Origin: a virus
IMG/VR virus record: IMGVR_UViG_3300012954_000010
Span: 1 to 64,000 of that record
Strand: one strand, 5' to 3'
DNA: 64,000 nucleotides
The position numbers were made by a program, and so were the translations under genes. Positions 18,871 to 28,800 of this stretch are shown here, one piece after another. The notes under the pieces were generated by a model. The model was not told where the DNA came from, ran no database searches, and saw only the letters and a program-made list of their open reading frames with translations. Numbering within the stretch: position 1 is the first letter of the stretch; every line of letters begins with the position of its first letter.

Positions 18871-18894
18871 TATTTATACCACTAATTATTTATA
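18871..18894 (-). promoter_or_regulatory. Tandem late promoters (TATAAATA twice)
   Basis: Exact motifs at 18871-18878 and 18887-18894. Confidence 0.75.
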
Positions 18895-19621
18895 ATTTGA
18901 TCCTAAGTGATACAGTGACTTTAGTTATGTCGTGAACATAGTTTACGACAAACCTTAGGATGTCTCCAGCATCGATAGTGGTATTCCATGTGGAGAGGTT
19001 GTCGTCCTTTTTCTTGTCCTCCTTTAATTGATTTATAACACCTAGAGTAGGAAGTTCTGTGCCACAGATAGATGTGAAATTAGGAAAGTCAGCAAATGAT
19101 GCTTTCAAAATGTCCATCTCAATATTGCCAGGAGTATCTGAAAAAATAGTCCATGACTCAATTGTGCCTGTGACATCTAGGGTCATATCTCCTTTTGGAC
19201 CAGTCGCCATAGAGAATGATCCAGAGTCAATTACGAAGTTAAGTGTTCTGGTTAAATCTGCGGTAGTTACAAGTGCAACACCAGAGAATTTATTACCAGC
19301 GCATGGGGCGGATGAAAAAACAATTTGATTGTTAGAAACGATATAATCAACCGCAGGTTTTAGAACAACATCATTAATAGAAATAATAAGTTGTTGTTCA
19401 TTGATTGGGTAATATGCCTCACCATTAACAGAGAGGTTAAATGTATCAACAGCAGGACTACTCACACAATCAAAGGATGCTGAAATGTCATCCAGGATTA
19501 GATTGGTGAACTGTGTTGACTTTGTTGGAATTTGGTAGTTAACATCTAAGTTGAACTGAGGATTTTGTCTCAGAGCAACACGATGTGTATTTGAACCAAC
19601 TCTTACATTATACTCTGCCAT
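18890..19621 (-). CDS. Virion structural protein
   Basis: LDDIS..FD....TFNL...LIISINDV.LKP..DY domain, also seen in gp7. Confidence 0.65.
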   Translation of the reverse strand: MAEYNVRVGSNTHRVALRQNPQFNLDVNYQIPTKSTQFTNLILDDISASFDCVSSPAVDTFNLSVNGEAYYPINEQQLIISINDVVLKPAVDYIVSNNQIVFSSAPCAGNKFSGVALVTTADLTRTLNFVIDSGSFSMATGPKGDMTLDVTGTIESWTIFSDTPGNIEMDILKASFADFPNFTSICGTELPTLGVINQLKEDKKKDDNLSTWNTTIDAGDILRFVVNYVHDITKVTVSLRIKL

Positions 19622-19956
19622 CAGGAGGATACTCCAGGATTGACTTCTACAATGCCCTCAATGACTCTCGTCTTATATCCTTGGGGTGATTCTAGAAGAA
19701 TGTCATAGACATATCTTCTACGGTCAAGCACTCCCGTTTCAGCGCCAGTCATAGAGATACCAATTTCACCTGATGTTCTATTCACAAACACTAGGGGAAC
19801 TTGGATGCTAGATGTAGCACTATAACTCTTCTTGAAATGAGCTTCTCCAGTATAACCCACCATGTTTAATGGAGTGCCATCCTTATTTGTAATGAAGAAA
19901 GTCACATCAAAGTTGGCATGACGATCAACTACAATATTTACAGGTATCGCTGCCAT
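19621..19956 (-). CDS. Small virion adaptor protein
   Basis: IVVDRHANF...PLNMVGYT...RRYVYDILL...RVIEG.VEV.PGV; ATAAATA at 19981-19987. Confidence 0.65.
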   Translation of the reverse strand: MAAIPVNIVVDRHANFDVTFFITNKDGTPLNMVGYTGEAHFKKSYSATSSIQVPLVFVNRTSGEIGISMTGAETGVLDRRRYVYDILLESPQGYKTRVIEGIVEVNPGVSS

Positions 19957-20011
19957 CAGTTATATCTTATAAAGCTCTACTATTTATCTTTGAACCCTTA
20001 ACAGAGTTAGT

Positions 20012-20203
20012 TTACTTAGATTTAGCAGGTTTGTCAACCTCAGGAGGTTCGGGTGACTCAAGTAAATCTAATGTTTCAAGACCACCTTGCAGTTTGAGTT
20101 TATACTCCTTGATAGAGACAACTTCCTCTTCTGCCTTCTTGAGTCTCAGTTCTGCATCTGCAATTTGTTTTTGAAACTCAGTTCTCAGTTTTGCTGGATC
20201 CAT
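20012..20203 (-). CDS. Small coiled-coil hypothetical protein
   Basis: Heptad pattern ending LKLQGGLETL; CTAAATA late motif at 20225-20231. Confidence 0.6.
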   Translation of the reverse strand: MDPAKLRTEFQKQIADAELRLKKAEEEVVSIKEYKLKLQGGLETLDLLESPEPPEVDKPAKSK

Positions 20204-20233
20204 GGTAAATTCATGCTAAAATATTATTTAGGT

Positions 20234-20938
20234 TTACACATAATATGTCAATACGATGCTTCCGTTTCTAGTAGAAGGAGCGCCACCTGAGCGTGAAACA
20301 TAACCACTATTAAAATTATAACTTTGCCCAGGTGTAACACTAATATTGGTTTGAGTAACGGTTGTTGGCGATCCCCCAACAGGTGCTCCTGCAGCAGTGA
20401 ATCCAAACATTGTTGCATCGTTTCCAGCTACACCAGCAGCGGTTGCTTGCAATCCATAGAAATAATGGAAAATTCTTCCAAAATTTGCTTGGTGAGTCGC
20501 GTTAGTAAAACTGGTTCCCATTGTGCCAATTACAGTTCCACTTTGACCAGAATTATAAAAAACTTGTGACTCTTGCATAGTCACAGTATCTCCATTGTCA
20601 AGAGAAACTGAAACTTCAAACGGTCCAGTAAGAGTTCTTGAACCTGGAGCACCAGCGTTAATTGTTGATGCGTGAGCATTTAACCATGATTGAACTGCAT
20701 TATTCATGCTAGCCTGTGAAGGAGCATTACCAATACTGGTATAGTTGCCACTTGCTGCCAAAGTCACACCAAAATTGCTTTGAGGTATATCATCAGCTCC
20801 ATTTAACACAGCGTTTACTGATGTTACACCAGCAGGAGCTGTCCAACTACCACCACTAGTAGAATTAGCTGTGAGTGTTTCGGTCACTTCTTGCTGACCT
20901 GCACCACCCATGCCAAGAAACATTTGTTGTATAGGCAT
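20234..20938 (-). CDS. Fibre-tip/receptor-binding protein
   Basis: MPIQQMFLG leader, SWTAPAGVTSV, ISVTPGQSY and NGSIVLTY motifs; follows the tail fibre gene. Confidence 0.55.
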   Translation of the reverse strand: MPIQQMFLGMGGAGQQEVTETLTANSTSGGSWTAPAGVTSVNAVLNGADDIPQSNFGVTLAASGNYTSIGNAPSQASMNNAVQSWLNAHASTINAGAPGSRTLTGPFEVSVSLDNGDTVTMQESQVFYNSGQSGTVIGTMGTSFTNATHQANFGRIFHYFYGLQATAAGVAGNDATMFGFTAAGAPVGGSPTTVTQTNISVTPGQSYNFNSGYVSRSGGAPSTRNGSIVLTYYV

Positions 20939-20942
20939 GTTC

Positions 20943-22610
20943 TTAACTCAATTGAGAACCTGAAATGTAACAAGTGGTGTTATTGACAAAATATATTGTT
21001 GCCATTCCTCTACCACCAAAAGTTAGATTTCCACTAGTGCCAGTAGCAACATTAAACATATTACCTAAACCCGATCCCATTGAAATAGATAGATCCGAAG
21101 CAGTATCGTTAATGATAGTTATGGCATCACCAGAACCAAAAACTCCATTTGGTACAGTAATATTACCTTGTGCTTCAATTGCTTTACCAGCATCAGCAGC
21201 AACTAAAGTATATGCACTACCTTCTTGTTTAAAAGGTATCTTTCTTAGATCACCTTTTGAGTCACTGATGGTGCCATCTGCTGCAATAGATCCATCAGAT
21301 CCATTCAAATTAATTTTGTCTGTTCCACCGCTACCAACTTTCAAACCAGCATTGTAAATGGTAACAGCGTCTTGACTGCTATCCAGGTTAAAAATCAGTT
21401 TAGATCCTGATCCTCCTGAACCAGGGTCAGTTGTAATTTTGACTGAATTAGTACCATCACCAACATCTTCAATCCTCAGATTTCCAGCAGCAACATTAAG
21501 TTTTCCGTTACCAAAAGCTTGTAGTGCAATGTTTGTACCACTACCAGATGTGTTAAGAATTTGGAAACAGTCTGTCGTATATCTGTCAGTGTAGACATTT
21601 AAGGAACCGTTATTACCACCAACTGCTATACCATTATTTCCCGTGGAGTTTGAAGCAGATCCAAAATTTCCTAAACCACTAGCGTAAAGTTCAAATGTAG
21701 TGGCACCAGCAGCATTATCACCAGTAAAATTACGACCATCAGAAAGGTTTCTAGCATATACAGCAGACTTGTTTGAAAGAGTATCTGCGTCCGCATAAGC
21801 AATCAAACCATAGTCGTTAGGAGCTGCAGATCCACTACCAATAGTTAAAGTATCGCTGAAACTAGCGGCACCACCAGTGATGTCGGTGACGGTGATATTT
21901 GGGGATCCCGTTAATCCTTGAGCAAGAGCAGCAGTTCCAGAGGTATCTTGGTTACCTGCAGCATTGACGCCAGGCAGGTTGATATCGGCAGAACCATTGA
22001 AGGAAACTCCACCAATGTTTCTAGCAGTCTGAAGTGCAGTTGCAGTTGCAGCATTTCCAGAGGTGTCCTGATTACCTCCTGTATTAACGCCTGGTAGGTT
22101 AATATTAGCAGTACCATCAAATGATACTCCACCAATGTTTCTTGCTGTTTCAAGTGCAGTTGCTGTATCTGCGTTACCTGTGACATCACCAGTTAGATCA
22201 CCAGTAACATTACCAGTTAGATCACCAGTAACATTACCAGTTAGATCACCAGTAACAGTACCAGTTGCGCCATCTAGAGTAATAGCAGGTGTAGCACCAG
22301 CATTGTTGTGGAAAAGATAGATTCCACTAGCACCACCTGCACTAGAACCAACATTAATTTTACCGTTAACACTATCTACAACAAATTTTTCGTTGCTGGA
22401 TCCATCTTCAACAACGAAAGCAGTTGCTGCGTTGTTTTCAATTTTGATAGGGTTGGTTGTGGTAAATCCTCTACCAGTAACCGTTTGAAGGGTATCTGAT
22501 TCTGCTGTTAATACAGAAGAGGCAAGAGTATCTACATCAGTAGCAAGTTCGTTGATTTCAACTCTTTGCTCTTCAAATGTTGCGGTTGAGGGAACGTTTC
22601 TAAGTACCAT
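20943..22610 (-). CDS. Tail fibre protein
   Basis: TFEEQRVEINELA N-terminus, TGDLTGNV repeats, duplicated TAL.TARNIGGVSF.G.A.INLPGVN unit, C-terminal YTLVAADAGK domain. Confidence 0.8.
   Translation of the reverse strand: MVLRNVPSTATFEEQRVEINELATDVDTLASSVLTAESDTLQTVTGRGFTTTNPIKIENNAATAFVVEDGSSNEKFVVDSVNGKINVGSSAGGASGIYLFHNNAGATPAITLDGATGTVTGDLTGNVTGDLTGNVTGDLTGDVTGNADTATALETARNIGGVSFDGTANINLPGVNTGGNQDTSGNAATATALQTARNIGGVSFNGSADINLPGVNAAGNQDTSGTAALAQGLTGSPNITVTDITGGAASFSDTLTIGSGSAAPNDYGLIAYADADTLSNKSAVYARNLSDGRNFTGDNAAGATTFELYASGLGNFGSASNSTGNNGIAVGGNNGSLNVYTDRYTTDCFQILNTSGSGTNIALQAFGNGKLNVAAGNLRIEDVGDGTNSVKITTDPGSGGSGSKLIFNLDSSQDAVTIYNAGLKVGSGGTDKINLNGSDGSIAADGTISDSKGDLRKIPFKQEGSAYTLVAADAGKAIEAQGNITVPNGVFGSGDAITIINDTASDLSISMGSGLGNMFNVATGTSGNLTFGGRGMATIYFVNNTTCYISGSQLS
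22186..22259. repeat. 24-bp tandem repeat (about 3 copies) encoding TGDLTGNV
   Basis: accagttagatcaccagtaacatt repeated head to tail. Confidence 0.9.
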
Positions 22611-22809
22611 TGGACTTCAGCAATTCTTGTAGTAAAGATTTTATTTCATTAAGTTCACTCTTCACATGATCCAGTTCTTGCTCCATGTTCTGAAACTTTC
22701 CTCTGGACTTTTTATATTTCTCAAAAGCAGACCTATCGGTATTTATGATTGCGCCTGTATCAGAGTCGCGATACAGACCATCTTCGTTCTTCACCTTAAT
22801 GTGTTTCAT
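22600..22809 (-). CDS. Small conserved protein downstream of the VrlC-like gene
   Basis: KVKNEDGLYRDSDTGAIIN followed by a coiled coil; start set at 22809. Confidence 0.7.
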   Translation of the reverse strand: MKHIKVKNEDGLYRDSDTGAIINTDRSAFEKYKKSRGKFQNMEQELDHVKSELNEIKSLLQELLKSNGT

Positions 22810-22810
22810 A

Positions 22811-25800
22811 TCAATAAGATGCAACTGCTCTCATGTCTTGAATCTTAGGAACGAATGCTGGGTTGCTAGACTTCATAACGATCTTCACTGCGAATGAAGA
22901 GAATTCTGGTAGATTCTCAACACTGTATGACAATTCTTGGTATGATGCTTGCTTCTCAGTAATACCACTGATAGCATTCTCAGATGTTGCAATTAAGTCT
23001 ACATCTGGTACACCTGTACCATTGAAGTATGCCCACTCAATATCCTCGAAGTTTTCCTGAGAGGAAGACTTCTTGATTTTAAATAGAACTTTTAGATTCT
23101 CAATGTCACTAACATTTGCAGTTAGTTTTACATTGACAGATGTTGCTGGATTCTCAATAGCAACTTCCTTAGTTACATACTTGGAAATACCAGAACTATT
23201 CTTAGACTGAATCTCAGAGATAAAGTCAACACCATCTGTGTATTCAATACTAGACACTTCAATAAATCTAGACTCATCATCAGGTTGATTTGGATAAGAT
23301 AGAAGATCACCAACTCTAAAGATGTCATCTAATTGAGCATCAACACTAGCATTTCTAGTAAATGATTGACTATCAATAATTCTTCCAGTATAATCATTGT
23401 TGAGTGGTTGTTTGTCATTGACAATAGTCAACTTCTCTAGATTTGCATTCCATAGAACAATCTTACCAGCAATAGTATTGTCATAAGTTTGTGCAGGAAC
23501 AGATGGGTTTCTTGCTGTTACATATGTTGGTGGTGCTACAGTATTAGGAATTTCAAATAAGAACTTAGTTACACCAGTGTCTCCAACTGTAATTGTATTT
23601 TGGAATGTATCACTACTGAATGATAGTTCCTCACGAGGAATGAATGTGTTTACAGATACTAGTTTGATGAACACTGTAGATCCATCTACCTTGACAACAA
23701 TACCTTCTGCCTTAGTTGTACCACCAGTGACTCTTTGATCAAGACTGATAACTTCAGAAGGATCAACTCCAGCAACAGTCATAGAAAATACAGGGAAGAA
23801 AGATAGAATTTGATCTCTTCTACCAAATCTAGATTCTTTACCGCTTGGATTTTCTACTCTATTTGTGATAGTCTTGACAGATGCTCTGGACAGATCAACT
23901 AGTGGCGATAGGTAAGAGACTGTACTGGACAGATCTAACTTATACACCAATGAATTATCAATATTATTAATAGTCTCATTAATCTTAGATGCGACTATTT
24001 TTTGATTGATGAAGAAGAAATCTTCATTCAAGAAAGTTTTTTCATAGTCGGTCTGGGAATATGATGCAAATGTTTGTACATTATCATCAACAGGAGATAG
24101 GTTTGTTGTCTTAATAAAACTATCGATCTTAGTTTGACCAAATGTTAGATTTGGAATTGCAGCATATAGTTTTTCAAACTTTCTGTTGTATGTTGCTAGT
24201 ACAGAATCACCACCACCAAATGCATTTGCGGATGCCTTTGCATTAGATGTAATGTTGTAATAGTCTACACCGTTGTTGCTGACTTGATATAGTTCTGTGT
24301 TGAGTTGGGATCCAGTGATGCCACCAACATTCTCAGCATTCTTGAAGAACACATAAGAATTACCAGAATCAAATCCATTATCTCTATGTGAGATTTTAAC
24401 AACATTATTGTTGTTCTTGAATAGATCTGAAGTTGCAGTTGTATTAGATTCTGCATTAGTTTCAATAGGATGAGACTCTAGTGCCTCATATCCTAGATCT
24501 TCGTTGGTGAGAAGTAGACTTGCAGTTCTAGAAATATCAAACTCTGCTCTGTTTAGAACAAATTTAATATCTTCAAACAAATCTTCTTTCCAGTCATCTG
24601 CATTTTGAGACTTAAATAGTGATCCCAATAGTGGTTGAGTTGTTACGATCTGACTCGTAGCAACATCAGTCTCAGACAATCTAGATGCCCATAGTTCATA
24701 GTCAATAGAATCTGTCTCGATAGCGAGTGCATACTCAGTATCATTCTCCAGGTATACTGGATAATCAAACACAAACTTAGTAGGTGTGATTGATGCTGTA
24801 TTTCCTGCCACATCAATTGCAACACCCATTCTTACAGCAGGTGTGTCAATTGTAATTTCAGACTCAATTACTGCACCAGCATTACCAGATCCAGTTCCTC
24901 TGAGAACAACAGCAGGTGGTTCAGTATAACCAGAACCTTGCAGAGTAATTTCAGAATGATATACTCTACCACCAGATACTCTCACTGTAGCAGTTGCGTT
25001 ACTTCCACCAGGAAGTTGTGGACTTTCTACAGTAATGATTGCAGAATCATAGTTGCTACCAGTATTGGTAACTTTCATTCCAGTCAATCTGCCAGAGTCC
25101 TTAGCAATCTTGAGTGATAGTTGTGTGTTGTTTAGATTATTTGCCTCTGTGATACTAGTAACATTGAGTGTCTCATCTTGTACAAATGCTGTGCCATTGT
25201 TGTTGCTTAGAACCAATGTGTAGCACTGATCATTAGTTAGAGTAAAGATTCCAGTTGCACTAGGTACAACTTCAATGTTATTCTTGTCAATCAATCTGGA
25301 AACAGGACCAGATGCATTAGATGTAGCACCTGTTACAATTTCATCTTTGTTGAGGGTCAGTGTATCATTAGCAACAACCTTCAAGAATGTTTCTGGTTCT
25401 AGAACTTTCTGTGTGCCAGGAATAATATTCTTTCCAGGTTTACCAGTAACAACATCTGTTAGATAAACTCTGAGAGGAATATTAGTATCTTTCTTGCTAA
25501 AGAACAGATCAACACTGGTTGCAAATACACCACCATCAAAGTTTTCTACCTTGAATGTTTGTGCAAATGGATTTGGTCTGACTTTTTCATCAGTATTACT
25601 CTTGACTTCCTGTAGTCCTTCATTTGCTTTGAAGAATGCAGGTCTAGTAGAAACAATCCCAGATGGATTTTCTGGAACAATACCTGTCGCATAGAACTTA
25701 ACTTCTGCATAGGTATCTACAGTGTCTTTATCAGCATCCACATCACTGGATGTAAATCTAATAGTCTTAACACCAGTTGTAAATCTTACTTCACTCGCAT

Positions 25801-28800
25801 CTGAATCATAAGAAACTGTATCAACACTACCTGTCCAAATAGCATTTTCTCTAGGTGGTTTACCAGCAGGAACCAGAATGATACCACTAGCATTACCATT
25901 AGCATCTGTGGTAATCTCTCCATTAAATGCAGATAGAGAGTTACCAGCAATACCAGTATACTTCAGGTCAGGGTTGACCCATCTAGCAATATTCTGTCCT
26001 TCCATGAAGACATGAATTCTAGTATTTGGTTTTAGTCTGTTAATCTTATATTGTACTGGAATACTTCTAGCGTAGAAAGATAGTGCAGTTGAGATAACAC
26101 TAGAACCTACACCCTTAGTAGCAAGACCTTTACCAATTTCGTTGTTCTGTGGACTGATATTAGAAGAACTACCAACCGCTGCTGTTGTGACAGAAGAGTC
26201 TGCAACATTGGAGTTTACATCAGCAAACGAATTGATATTAAAGAATGACTGATTTGCACCGATCCAGTTAATTTGATATGAGTTGTGTAGACTGGAGAAT
26301 GCATCCTGTAGTTCTTCCTTAGCAAGGAAGATGGTATTAACATTAGTGTTGTCATCCGTAACTAGAGGAGCAACAGATGTGTCATACCATGTATCTACAG
26401 AAGGTGCTACAAACGAGTCACCAACATAACTGAGAACAACAAATGGATTTGGATTTACAGTCTTAGTTGCAAAACCATTTCCTAGTAACTCCAGTTCACT
26501 ATATGGAAGTGTTACTACATCAGATGTTCTTTGATAACCAGCAACAGATCTTTCGTCATCTCTGCTGAATACTTCTTCTAGATTGATAGAATCTTCTCTA
26601 GACTGTGGACGCAATACAGACTGCTGTGTGTCGATAGAACATCTATAGTCAAGAGATCTTAGAGAACCAATCTTATGAGACTCAAAATTGTCTACAAGGA
26701 AACCGCTCTTAAATCTGTTGAAACCTGCAGAATCAGTTACCTGCATGTTAAGAGCTTGTTGCTCTAGAATACTAAGAGTGGTATAATACTCAAGACGCTC
26801 AATACGCTTCTCTAGTTTGCCGATGTCACGCATTGTGTAACGACGGTTATCTACAGAAGTAATTCTTACATCCTTACTAGTCTGTGTAAATGCTGGGATG
26901 TACATGTAGTACAGAGCAATAGCATCACTAATAGGATCTGGTTTAGATGGGTTAAGTGAAGAGTTACCTTCTTTGATGATAAACTGTCCCTTTTGATTTA
27001 GGAACACACCATCAATTCTGTCAAGATATTGTGTTTGTGTGAATGAGAATGTAAATTCTAGATTCTTATCTGGAGCAGGAGTGCTCGAAACAATACCACC
27101 CGTTCCTGTATAAGATCTGCTGTTTGGTGCAGAAAGAATAGACTTGTTCTGGAAACCACTGACGATTGCATCGTTATCAATCTTTGGTCTGAAGTCTAAT
27201 ACATCTTTAAGATTTACTTTACCTAGAGTTGGAGAGTTGAAAGAAGGAATCTCACCAGCACCAACACCAGCTTCATGTAAGTAGGAGTCTACAGTTACAA
27301 AATCTCCATTGGTGTGCTCAAAGTAATCAAATGCAACTACAAGTTGACCTGCAGGTGGTTCAAATCCTGGTTTGATTACAATTCTAGAAATATCATAGAT
27401 GGTATCTCTTTGACCATCGTCAAATGTAAATCTATTGGTAATGTCAATACCATTGACTAAATTACCATTTCTATCAACAACTGGTGGTTCTGTAGGTGAA
27501 CCTTCATAAACATATCTTAGTTTATACGCATCAGAGTAACTGTATACATCTAGAGAATCTGTATCATAATCTCTTCCTCTAAATGGAATTACTCTATCAC
27601 CAGTAGATTCAATAATAATTCTCTTATTAACATTAGCAGTCTTAAGTCTTGGTTTTGCTTTAGATACTTCTAATGTAGCAGTTAGTTTTAATGTAGGATA
27701 AGTTCCTCCAATAGGAATAGTTCCAAAGTAATTATTAGGTAGACTTAGTTTAACACTACCAGAAGTTAGACCACTAGCAGCATCTGTAGATGCCTTGATC
27801 TCAACTTGACTTGATTTGATGTAAACAATATCACCATCTACAATGTCTGGAGCATCACCTGCATCCAGAACAGTAACAACAAAATTACTTTCACTGAAAG
27901 AAACAAATCTTTGTGTTCCAAATGGTAGTTGAGCAGCAAAGGTAATTACACCTTGACCACCAGCACCTGTACTTACAAAATCTCTTCTGGAGAAATACTT
28001 GATCTTAGAATCTTCGCTGCTTGCTACAATAGAACTGACCTGTGAAGATCCAGTTTTGTATAGTAATGAACCTTGATTAAAGTTATCAATAGCAGGACGA
28101 ACTCTAACTACCGTACCGTTTGTGAGGTTTTCTGGTAGGGATCTATCAAAATAAACTCTAGATTTCAGAACACCAGCAGGTGTAGTTGCTCTCTGTACAA
28201 CTGCTCTCAGAAGTTCTCCAGAATCATCTGTAAATTGAACTAGATCACCTTGCTGTAGAAATGTGGAAGCATCTCCACCAAAACCAGTACACTCAATATA
28301 TTTTCTTCCTTTGTATCCAGTAAATGTGAAGTCAGTTACAGAAATAACTTCAGAGTATTTTGCCTCATTAATTTCAATATCAGAAGTAAATACATTGTTA
28401 TTACCAGAACCAAATTCTGCGTAGAATGACTTAACATTTTGTGGTGTGTATGTAGTTACAGCGTCTCTCACCAATACAGGTGTGATTACTGCAGCACTTG
28501 GATTACCACCACCAAAACCTTGAATAACTTCTACCAAAGGTGGTTGTGAATATTCAACATTTACAGCATCTCTGTTGATAACCTGAACTTTAAAGATACT
28601 GCCACTACCACTAAGATTTACTTTAATTTTTGCTGAGTCATACTCAACACCATCAATTCTCAGAATAGTTCCTTGCACATAGTTCGCACCCTTATCATTA
28701 GTGATGAAGTGTGAAATGGTATTGTCTTTTGCAATTCTTAGGGAGTTATTTCCTTCGTCAACAATAACCTCACCACTGACAAAATTACCAAACAACCCTT

